A stretch of DNA of 63,996 nt, filler included, from Asterionella formosa (taxonomy: Eukaryota), in assembly GCA_002256025.1 (NCBI GenBank). It is 7 parts of 7 records of this genome, joined end to end, with 100 filler letters (N's around TTAATTAATTAA, not from the genome) between each part and the next. Parts side by side here need not be neighbours in the genome. Positions count along the whole stretch, not along the records: positions 1 to 9,116 come from NKIB01011103.1; positions 9,217 to 18,330 come from NKIB01011114.1; 5 more parts are not named here. The stretch is one strand, 5' to 3'. The notes below the pieces were generated by a model. That model did not search any database. It had not been told where the DNA came from and saw only the letters and a program-made list of their open reading frames with translations. The translations under genes and the position numbers were made by a program. Below are positions 1 through 10,373 of the stretch, piece after piece (the stretch's first letter is position 1; each line of letters starts with the position of its first letter).

Positions 1-476
1 AAACATGTTGAAATGTTTTATTGAGTAATATCATGGCATCCAGCCACTGTTATTGACTCTCAGAGATATCATGAAGAAGGTAATCTTCCAGCCACATCAC
101 TATGACTTTCTTGTTGAGACTGTTATGGTGGGACTGAGCATCTGAGTGTATTGCAACGCTCATCCAGTCAGACAGGACGATATCTATGAGTCATCTTTTG
201 TAGCAGTAGGTGAACAAGCAAGGAATCTGCTGGACTGAAGATATATGTGTTAGCCATATCACAGGATTTACTGAAATCAATAAACAAGCTTCCCCTGAGC
301 GTCAATTGATCATATCTTTGCTGTAAGACTCCAAATGTCGACCTGGCTTGTAAGGATACACAAAGAAGTTTGAATCTTGATGTTTAGTATGTTGTTATCC
401 TTCATCAATGGGACCACTGGAACTTGAGAGGACATCAACAATATTAATTCTAATTGGACTCTTTTTGAATTCAAAG

Positions 477-673
477 TGAAGTATCTAACTAGAAGTAGTA
501 GTATTTGTTGAATATATGAGCTTATTTGTTAATCCTTGTGTGTAACTCATTCTCTAAGTCGACACCAAAGTATACAATGAGGGTTAGTCGAGTTCTCTCA
601 TTATTGAGTTCTGATACATATATGATATAACACTAACCCTATATACATCTGTATTGATGTGCAAGATCGCTCA
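477..673 (-). mobile_element. LTR-like repeat (family A), probably a 5' LTR followed by decayed internal sequence at 1-476
   Basis: Minus strand starts TGAGCGATC and ends GATACTTCA (TG...CA). Clearly homologous to 47392-47598 and 55588-55761. Confidence 0.65.
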
Positions 674-984
674 CCTTGATGTACCATCACGTTCCGGTAT
701 GCGGATGATAATATATACCGGTAGTTTCAGAACCGAACGTATCTCCTACTACCTGGTATGTACTGAGTCTTGAGTATGCTCGATTTTGTGTAGATAGAAA
801 ACCATAGATCCTATATAGCACGGAATTATGTTCAAGAAATAATATACCGGTATGCCGGTAATACACATTACTGGTATATATTATCTTTGATACTCGTTGT
901 CACACCATGCTCAATGCATCGTTCTTGGTTTCGAAAAAGCAGTCATAATCCATTTGAACAGTGGATTTTAATGACAAATATTTC

Positions 985-1199
985 ATACACTGACGGAGAT
1001 CGAACGAAAAGACCGCAAAAGTCCGCATAAGTTCGCAAAAGAACGAGAAAACCCGGATGTTCGACGTTTTTCTGGGGTCTTTTGCGAACTTAGCGTTCTT
1101 TTGCGGTATTTCGGGAAATCGTGATGCGAGGTCGATTTTAGATAAAACACCGTTTTTGTACGTGACTTTTCGTACTTCGGAGTTTCTGTCAACTCCCTG
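985..1199. repeat. Dispersed non-autonomous DNA-transposon-like repeat (family D) with internal direct and inverted CGCAAAAG motifs
   Basis: Reverse-complement homolog at 15424-15625. Internal gttcgcaaaagaac / gttcttttgcg motifs in both orientations. Confidence 0.55.
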
Positions 1200-1248
1200 G
1201 GATACTGTGATTTATTCCAGAAATGCCAGGTAGGTTTAGTAATGCAAA

Positions 1249-1749
1249 TTTTATGTGCACCTTTTCAGTTTGCTTCAACTCACTCTCAATGATTAATTTC
1301 ATGCTTGCTTGCCAAGTGAGATTGGCCAGCTTTCGATTTCCAAAATTCCTTCGAGTAATTTAGGAAACCTTGACTGCTGTTATTGACCAATAACGATTTG
1401 CAGATTCAGTCACTGACATACAACTAGAATTTGCAGAATACAACTTGGATGTGCTCTCTGATGGTGAACCAGTTGAACAAACCGTCTTTTCGGAATACAA
1501 ATAGGAAAATCTTTCTACATTTGCTGACCATGACTAGAAATCTGCTGACTACAAATAGAATTTGCTAACAATGACTAGAAATTACTGACTGCAAAATGAT
1601 TTTCAGAATGACCCTTTTGCATACCGGTATATGAAGTACAAATGTTCATAACATACATATAACCAGTAGTACCCCTGATAGCCTTGCCAGCACTAAGAGC
1701 ATCATACGTAATGTGCTATCTAACTCTATGGTCATAGTCATTATCACGA
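1249..1749. repeat. Dispersed repeat (family B) with internal ~21-bp degenerate tandem units (TTGCTGACnATGACTAGAAT)
   Basis: Colinear homolog at 14082-14622. Tandem units at about 1520-1590. Confidence 0.65.
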
Positions 1750-2361
1750 CTAGAAATTGTTCATACATGCATGCTTCATTTTTGTCTGGTCATAGTCTTA
1801 TTATTACAATGATGACGAGAAACATTGAAGAGATCAGCTCTTAATTGGGGATTACCCAGTAGTCTCAAATTAATCTTCTTAAAAAATACTCTCAAATCCA
1901 GTCATTGTCTTAGCCTCCAAGGCTTCTTCTGGATGTATGTATAGTGACTTGGGATAAAGGATCCAATAATTGATGTTTTAAGATCCAGTGAAGAAAAATA
2001 ATTTCATTGTACTGCATCTGGCATTTGCAATAGAATAGCCCACTTAATTGTTGTGGACCAACTCTTGCCTCCAACTGTAAACTTCTTATCTAGTTGGTTC
2101 ACTTCCCCACAAAGTCACCAAATATCGCCACTTCAATAATTGCTTCTTTCGACAACCTTGACTCATAAATTGATAACTTGAACAGAAGAGTCCTTCACTG
2201 CCAACCTTTCTGTATTAACTCATCATACAAACAGTGACGTAGAGGAAAAGCCGAAGGATGCATGGTGCCGTGACAATAAGTTATGCATAAAAAGGGACCA
2301 GGAAACTCATCCCACCAAGATTTCTTTTGGAAACAAACTAATTACTACAATCAAAGGTATT

Positions 2362-4704
2362 TCATAGTTCCCCATCGAAATCCATGGCTCCTGCTACGTC
2401 TCTGCGGTGAATGGATTCCGAAAAGCTGTCTGTATCGACGAATTTGTTTCCGTAACGTCCGGCTTTGGTAGTAGGAACCAACCTAATCCCTTTATGGCTC
2501 CCAACTCTGTTCCCTGTTTCTCGAAAAGTGGCACAGTTACCAATGATTTCTTCACCTTTCTTAATATGTGTTCCTGTTTCCACAAGGACCCCAAGTAGTT
2601 CAGATTTACGATGGAGAGGAGGAGAAAAAGGAGAAAAATGATTTTTGTCCTCGCCAAAGAGCGCATATTCTAGCAAGCCAATGTTTGCGTCTTGATCTGC
2701 ACAGCCGTGGTGAGCAAAGATCATGTCACAACCAATACTCACATACCGATCATTGGACCTAAATGGTTCCGATTCAAGGCCGTAAACATCGAAAAAATGG
2801 CGTAATCGATGGTACATTTCAACAGCAGGGAAATCATTTATAAATTTGTTCAAGGCCGCCCATCTTTGGCTGTCCAAGTGAAGGGTAAGCCCAGCATTAT
2901 GAGGTAAAACAAAATTCCCAATCGGACAATCTTTTATTGCAAACAGAGTTGGTCCCTTCACTGGATGGTGTCGAACTTCAGTGTCATAAAAGTGATGATC
3001 AGCATTGAACCATCTCGCCAGAAATGAGTTACAAATGGGCAAGTCTCGACCTGGCAACGACTTGCAATACCAATGCTCCCATGCTCGTGAGAGCGTGTTG
3101 TATTGCGTATGCGTCATGCCGTCGTAGACAAGTGTTGGCAAGACTGCAATGTTGTTGTGTAGCTTTTCAATCACATCAACCTCAATTGCTGGACTGTTTG
3201 TCCGCATAAAAGATTTGAATGTATTTGAATTTTCGCTGAAAAGGATTACAAATGCAGATGCGAGTGGTATAGCCAAGGTCTCATCATAGACTGACCCTTT
3301 CACATAACCCAGTCCATGAGGAGAAATTCGAAAGGCTTGTCGCATGAAATGGTCTCGGGGACTCAAGTAATTGTCTTCAATCTCAAAGAGTTTAGGTTGT
3401 GACCCAGCCGCAATTACCACGACAGAGCTATCAAGTAGATTTACATGCACATCTTTTTGAAAATCAATATCTAGCCACTCATCGTTTCCTATGGGCACAT
3501 CAATATACACGACATCAATGAAATCATCGTATGGGTCTTCATCAAGCGGAACCGCCGCCGCCGCTTCGGCACCTTGTTTCATCCATGTTGTGGCATTCAG
3601 TTCCACAATCTCCACAATATTCTGATATAGACATGATGTTTCGCTATTGCCAAGAAAGGTACAATCGTCGAGGTGTGGCATGAACTTTTGCGTCATTTTG
3701 ACAATGGTCCAGTCCATGCCCAAGACGACAACTCTCTTTACACCCTTGTGCTTCAAGATTTCTTTCAACGCTGCTGTCGGATCCAATGACAAAATGACAA
3801 TGAATTCAGTATACTGACTAGAAATTAGGGCTGGATGTACCAATGCTTCGGCATGTGCTGTGCCTGAGGGGTGTGTCGTTGTTAGCAATTGTCCATTCAT
3901 AAACAAGGACCTTACAGGCTGAGTAAAAGTAAAATCTTGATACTGCCAAACTTCTAAAGACATTTCATTTGAAATGTTGGAGGCGATGCGTATTCTATCC
4001 TTTCGAGCTGGCTGCGACAAAATCAGGGTATCCACGGATGAAGCAGTGAGATCGGCTAGATGCTGTGAAGCTGCTACTGTAGTAGGGTGTGTCAACTCCA
4101 TGGGACTCAATCTCTCATGGATCGACCACACAACTTCATCAAAGTACTTGATGTGATGATTGATTTTTGGAATACAGTTGACTAGTGCATCCTTGGCCAA
4201 AATCTTTCCCTTGATGTTAGGCATTGTAATTGCTACTTCAAGTTGAACCAATACTTGATTCTGGCTCGAATAAAAATGACTACTCACATGAATCATAACA
4301 GCGTCGTGATTGTGATTGCTGTAGTGGTCAATGGTGCATCGTCCTATTCGTCGTTGTTTATTATTTGTGTAACAACGTCGATCCATTTCGAAAGTTTGTT
4401 CATGAGAATTGATGATAGGAGTACCAGTATTCGTTGGATCCTTTGTCATTGTCGTTGCAGTCATGACGTTTTGAATAGCATCCGTCATGAAGGACGTGGT
4501 CAAGTCCGATATCATATTGTATGGAATGCCATCATGATCACTTGATGTTGTTGTAGTGCTTTCTTGGTGCTGCTTGTGGTATAGTTCAATGATTTGAGGC
4601 GATACAATTCCATCGTAAAAGAGTTGAAATGTTGCAGCGTTGGTAACGGAACACAATAATAATGATAATAATAATGAGTAGAGAACAATCATATTCATTG
4701 TCAT
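2362..4704 (-). CDS. Signal peptide + AdoMetDC-like + aminopropyltransferase (spermidine synthase-like) + SET-domain fusion, diatom long-chain-polyamine type, with degenerate motifs
   Basis: 780-aa intronless ORF with a hydrophobic N-terminus. RSLFMNGQ..AHAEALVHPAL..LKEILKHKGVKRVVV matches the aminopropyltransferase core. KGPTLFAIKD..IFAHHGC..IKKGEEI matches SET motifs. IHVSSHFY..QVLVQL loosely resembles the AdoMetDC HISxHTWPE region. Confidence 0.8.
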   Translation of the reverse strand: MTMNMIVLYSLLLSLLLCSVTNAATFQLFYDGIVSPQIIELYHKQHQESTTTTSSDHDGIPYNMISDLTTSFMTDAIQNVMTATTMTKDPTNTGTPIINSHEQTFEMDRRCYTNNKQRRIGRCTIDHYSNHNHDAVMIHVSSHFYSSQNQVLVQLEVAITMPNIKGKILAKDALVNCIPKINHHIKYFDEVVWSIHERLSPMELTHPTTVAASQHLADLTASSVDTLILSQPARKDRIRIASNISNEMSLEVWQYQDFTFTQPVRSLFMNGQLLTTTHPSGTAHAEALVHPALISSQYTEFIVILSLDPTAALKEILKHKGVKRVVVLGMDWTIVKMTQKFMPHLDDCTFLGNSETSCLYQNIVEIVELNATTWMKQGAEAAAAVPLDEDPYDDFIDVVYIDVPIGNDEWLDIDFQKDVHVNLLDSSVVVIAAGSQPKLFEIEDNYLSPRDHFMRQAFRISPHGLGYVKGSVYDETLAIPLASAFVILFSENSNTFKSFMRTNSPAIEVDVIEKLHNNIAVLPTLVYDGMTHTQYNTLSRAWEHWYCKSLPGRDLPICNSFLARWFNADHHFYDTEVRHHPVKGPTLFAIKDCPIGNFVLPHNAGLTLHLDSQRWAALNKFINDFPAVEMYHRLRHFFDVYGLESEPFRSNDRYVSIGCDMIFAHHGCADQDANIGLLEYALFGEDKNHFSPFSPPLHRKSELLGVLVETGTHIKKGEEIIGNCATFRETGNRVGSHKGIRLVPTTKAGRYGNKFVDTDSFSESIHRRDVAGAMDFDGEL

Positions 4705-5141
4705 TTATTCTTGTCAACAAAGATCTTTTCGTTTCGTTTCGTTTCGTTTCTTTCTTTCTGGCTCATATATAGTATGCTGTGCCTATAACGTAATCTGCTT
4801 TTCGTACGCTTTCTCGAATCTCGGATGAATCACTGAACTGTACTCCAGTATCTTGTTATTCTTGTATACCGGTCGTTGCAACAGAAAATAGAATCAAGAT
4901 CGTTGAAGTGTCTACCGGTGCAGTATTGTATGCAGCTCTATGTTTTATATTATTATTATTATGTAATCTTGTTTCCAAGACTTCAAGGAAATAATCATCG
5001 TGATGTATATAATATACATACGGTAAAATTACATATATACATATATACATTATTTATATTAATTAAGTAGGATTGAACGTGATAATAATGACAATGGTGG
5101 TGTCACCATTGTCTCAAACGATTCATAAAAGGATCCCAAGA

Positions 5142-6386
5142 ATGTCATTGCGACCTCTGCTCGTTTTCTTGATGGTCATGTCCTTCGTGAAATGTTCCAA
5201 AGCTTTTTGTTTTACTCCCACATGTTTGTTACAATCTGCTGAGTCGTCTCGTCATTTTGTAGGACACAACGGCGCCTCCTCGTCCTTGCTTGCAACAGCA
5301 ACAACATCATCATCATCATCATCTCCCTCTGTTCTTTGCATTGGTGATGCGCTCTTTGATTGTATCGCCAACGACAATGTATGTTCCATAGAGGACATGA
5401 TGATGCTGACCAATGCATGGACCGCATGGCCTGGAGGTGCTCCTGCCAATGTGGCAACAGCATTGTGCAAACTAGGAACAACCAGTGCCTTTGCCGGATG
5501 TCTTGGTGCTGATACAGATGGTGATGCCATCCAGAATCTACTGGAACAGACGGGTGTGGATGTAACACTTTTACAACGAACGGACAAGTATCCAACACGA
5601 CGGGTTATGGTCATTCGAGACCAGGTGTCAGGAGATCGAGTCTTTGCTGGCTTTTACGACGGCAAGTCGGCGGATGCCTTTGCAGATGCCTATTTTGACA
5701 TGACCATCACGTTGCAAAATGAAGCAGCAGAAGCTGTCATCATGAGAGCGAAGTATTTAGTCTGTAGTACCTTAAGTCTTGCTTTTGAAACATCAAGAAA
5801 GGCTGTTAATGATATCGTAAATCGAGGGTTGGCTGGTGGTGCTCGATTGTATGTTGATGTCAATTGGAGGGATGTATTTTGGACCAACCACGAGGAGACA
5901 GGAGCACGTCAAACTATTTTGGAATTTGCACAAAGAGCTCACATTGTCAAACTCACTGACGAAGAAGCGCACTGGCTCTTGGGAATTTCCGCATCTGATG
6001 CACTAGCCAAGCCAGAACTGGTTGCCCAAGCATTCCCACATGCATGCGCTGTCCTTGTTACTGCTGGAGAAAAGGGTGCTTCCTATTCGATTGTTGGTCA
6101 TACTGGCAAAGTCGAACCATTTCATGTGACAGTGTTGGAAACAACTGGTGCTGGTGACGCGTTTACAGCTGGGTTTATTCATGGTCTTTTGTCACTCAAC
6201 CTTGATATTGTCATGTTTAATGAGCAAGTACCTTGCGAGGACCAGCCGGAAGTTATACAGAATATAGTCCGTCTGGCCGCGGCAGTTGGTGCCTTAACAT
6301 GCACATCTGAAGGTGCTATTGCAGCACAACCTACATTCGACGAAGTTGAATCATTTCTTATACATGGACAGAAAGTATGGACATGA
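5142..6386 (+). CDS. PfkB-family carbohydrate kinase (fructokinase-like), probably plastid-targeted
   Basis: CIGDALFD, PGGAPANVA, DVNWR, VKLTDEE and TTGAGDAF motifs. Presequence MSLRPLLVFLMVMSFVKCSKA-F followed by a Ser-rich transit peptide. ATG 5142 chosen over upstream alternatives. Confidence 0.9.
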   Translation: MSLRPLLVFLMVMSFVKCSKAFCFTPTCLLQSAESSRHFVGHNGASSSLLATATTSSSSSSPSVLCIGDALFDCIANDNVCSIEDMMMLTNAWTAWPGGAPANVATALCKLGTTSAFAGCLGADTDGDAIQNLLEQTGVDVTLLQRTDKYPTRRVMVIRDQVSGDRVFAGFYDGKSADAFADAYFDMTITLQNEAAEAVIMRAKYLVCSTLSLAFETSRKAVNDIVNRGLAGGARLYVDVNWRDVFWTNHEETGARQTILEFAQRAHIVKLTDEEAHWLLGISASDALAKPELVAQAFPHACAVLVTAGEKGASYSIVGHTGKVEPFHVTVLETTGAGDAFTAGFIHGLLSLNLDIVMFNEQVPCEDQPEVIQNIVRLAAAVGALTCTSEGAIAAQPTFDEVESFLIHGQKVWT

Positions 6387-6990
6387 CTTATATGATTGAT
6401 TTAGTGCAGCTTCAAGCGATATTCCAAATCAGTGCAAAAATGATTACATTCAACAGGAAACAGAGTGATTCCTATGACATGTGGGAATTTCGCCCTTTTG
6501 TTTCCTGATAGGATTGGCTATGGAGCCCCTCATGGCAATTCCTGTCCCTTATTTTATTGCTGGGTTTCTCACCACTGCTACACAAACATTATTAACTCAA
6601 TCTGGCATGATTGATTTTTTGATATGACACCATGACAGGAGAAAAATCAAACATAAGTCTGTTTCCAATTCTTGAACAATGAATGTGGATTTCTCCTTGG
6701 ATAGGCAGGGATTACTGACCAACTGTATTCGATATTAGCCGACTACCTGGTAGTGGGAATTGCTAACTAACACTGTAGGAATAATTTTGTACGTGAACAT
6801 GATTGATAAGATTTGATTAATGTACTACTGTTTTCTATGAATTAACAAAGTGCTGTATTCGCGCGATGGGGAGACTACAAGGGTCGCTGAACGAGGCAGA
6901 CTTCAATTGAACAAAACATTGCATTGCACATGTATAATAAATATTTCACCACAAAATGTTTACATGCTTGTCGCATGCCGTTGAAAAAAA

Positions 6991-9116
6991 TTACACTTCC
7001 ATAGTATCAATTCCACGTTCTGGAATTGAGTCTAGTTTTCCCACAGGCTTTCGTTTTGACTTGCTCGTATTCTTGATCTTGATTATCTTGACCTGATTTC
7101 CTGGTTGACAAACAGTACATAACGAGCTAGTGCACTTGTGCACATCAACCGTTGTTGCGAACTCAAGTTCTGGAATACTATCATTGTCGCTTTCTTTTGA
7201 AATGACCGCAAGATCAAAAGCATGTAATTGTTCAGCATTGATTTGACCATTTTTATTACGTCGTCTGCCAAGACATCCCAAATCAAGACAGCCACCTCGA
7301 TTGTTTGTTGAATCGCCGGAAGCTGCGTCAATGGCATCTGCGCCCAATCCCAACCCAAAGAGGCCAGCCATGGCTGCCTTGCCATCGTCATTCTGACTAG
7401 CCAGGGTTTGCTTAATGTAATCCAATGCCATTTTGTCATCAATTTCATTCCAGACGTCAACACTTTTGGCCATGCCAACACTGGTTGCTTCTGGTGTGGC
7501 CAGTTTGTTCAAGAAGCGACCACCATTTGCATGAACACGGTCCATGACATCATGAGCAATCAAATCTCGAATTGCAGCATCAGTAGCTCCCATAAAAGCA
7601 GCTTGTCGAGCAGCAACCAAACATCTGAAACGACCATTACCTTTGTGAGTTTTCGCCACTAGAGATGATGTCGGTCTGTCAACCAGAACATCGTGAACTC
7701 CAACTTGTGTTATAGGCTCGTCGAAACTGCCATCTAGCTTCTGCATGACCCATAGCATGGCAGCCTCGTCATCGGCAACTCTCCATGACTCCAAACTGCT
7801 GGTAGTACCAAGTAGATTAGCTTCGGAATCATCAGACTTTTTCAAGAACCGACCACCATTGGACTCAACTTCATCCATAATTTTACGAGCAATTGCAACC
7901 TTTACACTGTCTCGTTTGGCAGATGCAAATTGCTTTTTCCTGGGACGGATAAGTGCTCGGACACGAGAGTTGCCTTCATGTTCAAATGGCCCAGAGCTCT
8001 TATCAAGATGAATATCAAATGAATTCAACTTGGTTATCATTTCGTGATCTTTGCTTTCCAACGCTGCCAACACAAAGTCCACCGCAGACTGATCATCAGC
8101 CAATCTCCAGGCATCAACTCCCTTACCAATAACAATGCCCTCACGCTTAGCAAAGCTGGCATCCGCCATTTGCAAGAAGCGCCCCCCATTTGACTGGATT
8201 ACATCAATTATTGCAAATGCAACCTTTTCCTTTTCCTGCAGACTATGAGCAACGAAATAATCAGACTTTCGCATATTGATTAGCCCACGAAGGCGAGTAT
8301 TTCCCTCGTGTTCGGACGGACTTGAGCACTCATCAAGGAGGACATCATGTATACCGAGCTGAGTAATAATTTTGCTGTCGTCTTCACCAGCAAGCATGCG
8401 TGAAATGGCAAGCATGGCAGATTCATGATCTGCGCATCGCCAAGCCTCAACACCCTTGGCGAAACCACCACGTTTGGCTTCAGAAGCGTCTACTTTATGC
8501 AGGAATCGACCTCCGTTTTCACGCACATCATCCAAAATCAAAATGGCAATCCTTGATTTCTCCTCGTCAGAAGAAGCAGAGTCATAATTAGATTTGTGAG
8601 CATTGACACGTGCTCGCAATCGCGTGTTGCCTTCTGCCTCGAATGGACTTGAGCTTGGGTCAAGAAGAACGTCACATGAATTTAGCTGAGTAATCAATTC
8701 ATCGTCATCCCCTCTTAGAGCTCTGTGTACAAATACCATGACCGTATCATTGTCAGCAATAAACCACGCATCGATTCCAATTGGAACTCCACAGCTGTTT
8801 GCCTCTGATTGTTCGACCCTTGTCAGGAAGCGACCATCACTCGACTGCACATGGTTACCAAGGCCCCGAGCAATTGAAGACTTGCGTTTTTCATCAGCAT
8901 TTTGATACTCTTTCTTCCAGGAGTTAACAGCGGAACGAAATTTAGTGTTGCCTTCATGTTCTGTTTGGCTCGAGCTTCTATCAAGAAGTACGTCATTCGC
9001 CTTCAATTGGGTGATGAGTTGTTGTCCACGGCTATCGTAAAAGAGACCAGCACCCGTGAAAAAAGGAGATCCCATCTCTCGAGTATCATGCGTTCCAACT
9101 GACTCATCGCCATCCT
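6991..9116 (-). CDS. Protein with five tandem DUF6824-like domains; 5'-truncated by a gap
   Basis: Five ~107-aa units of ITQL..DVLLD..HEGN.R.R....K..IA..I...V..NGGRFL....W..AD. The frame stays open from ATG 9075 to the gap at 9117. Confidence 0.8.
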
Positions 9117-9160
9117 NNNNNNNNNNNNNNNNNNNNNNNNNNNNNNNNNNNNNNNNNNNN

Positions 9161-9172
9161 TTAATTAATTAA
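9161..9172. other. Artificial scaffold linker TTAATTAATTAA inside N-runs (also 18375, 27586, 36792, 45992, 55191)
   Basis: Identical 12-mer that puts stops in all frames, flanked by N-runs, six times. Confidence 0.97.
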
Positions 9173-9216
9173 NNNNNNNNNNNNNNNNNNNNNNNNNNNN
9201 NNNNNNNNNNNNNNNN

Positions 9217-10097
9217 CGGCACATTTCGCGACTGCTGATAACGCACAAGATTCAAAAATCGCTGTCCTGCTGTGTCCGGCCCAGTTTTGCGTTCCCGTAG
9301 ACTATGCAGATCTGCTGGTGGCGCTGAAGGCAACCAATCCGAATATTGGCAGTTGCAAGGTTGCTCCATTGACGCGTAACAAATGGATCGAGGTTGCCAA
9401 GTCTCTACCCTCGAAAGCCTATTTGGATGGCGCCCTGCCAGTCTATTCGACGCTGAGCTGGTATTTCGACGCGATAGAAACCGCGTTGTACGAAATTTAC
9501 GCGGAGCGAGGGCCCAATGTGAATGTGTGCTTGATTGGACATTCTATTGGAGGATGGATTGCTCGTGCCTACCTTGGCGGCTTGAGTCGATCGTCGTCGG
9601 CGGTTTATAGATTGACACTTGAGCGCTGTACTTCTTTTGTTACCCTGGGAACACCACACAGTTCTCCAGCCACTGCATTAGTTGATCAGACTCGAGGATT
9701 GTTAAAGGAAGTGGAAGCCACATTTGCGTGCTCCTCCCAAGGCTTGATGGATCAGGGAATCCAAGTCACATGTGTTGGCTCCAGTGCACTGGAAGGAATC
9801 TTGATTAGCACAAACATCGAGGAGCTCGTTGCCGCCAGTTCCTACTTTCCCTTGACTGGTAAACTAGGCAAGGGCGATGGCATTGTTCCCATGTCTCTAG
9901 CGTTCATGGAGGAACCGGCGCGTCGCGTCGAAGTGGAATCTTGTGATGTTAGCGGTGCATTGGTACGACATGCGCATGTCTTGCCAACGCCATGGAAACT
10001 ATTAGATGGATCATCGCCGTCCATTCCTCTGCCAGATGAGTTTGCCTGGTATGGAAGTGAAGGAGTCATAACTAAGTGGGCAAAATTCATTCAATGA
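9217..10097 (+). CDS. Alpha/beta hydrolase (PGAP1/lipase-like); 5'-truncated by a gap
   Basis: Nucleophile elbow LIGHSIGG, VTLGTPH and GDGIVP. The frame is open back to the gap (..KIAVLLCPAQFCVPVDYADL..). Confidence 0.8.
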
Positions 10098-10373
10098 TAC
10101 GATGCCAGTGAACAGGATGGTGAGCTCGTCAGCAGTTCTTAGGCAGGATATACAGCGGTCAACGCTTCATTAATTGGCTAATGGGAAAGAATATCATATG
10201 TTTCAAGTAATACAAGAGGGGAAGCGAAACAAGCTTCTCGCCTCATCATGTCGCTCGAGACTTAGCTAGGATGAATTAATCATATTCCCTCAACTAGTTG
10301 GTCTAGATACTGCGAATTGCCTTCAACATTCTTTACTTGTAACAAGAGAACAGCATCTCACCTACGTTAGTGA

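Noticed and set aside
1860..2280. Possible transposase remnant
   Set aside because: Only vague similarity and too degenerate to support.
9161..9172. TTAATTAATTAA palindromes as piggyBac sites or regulatory elements
   Set aside because: Always embedded in N-runs; this is an assembly linker.
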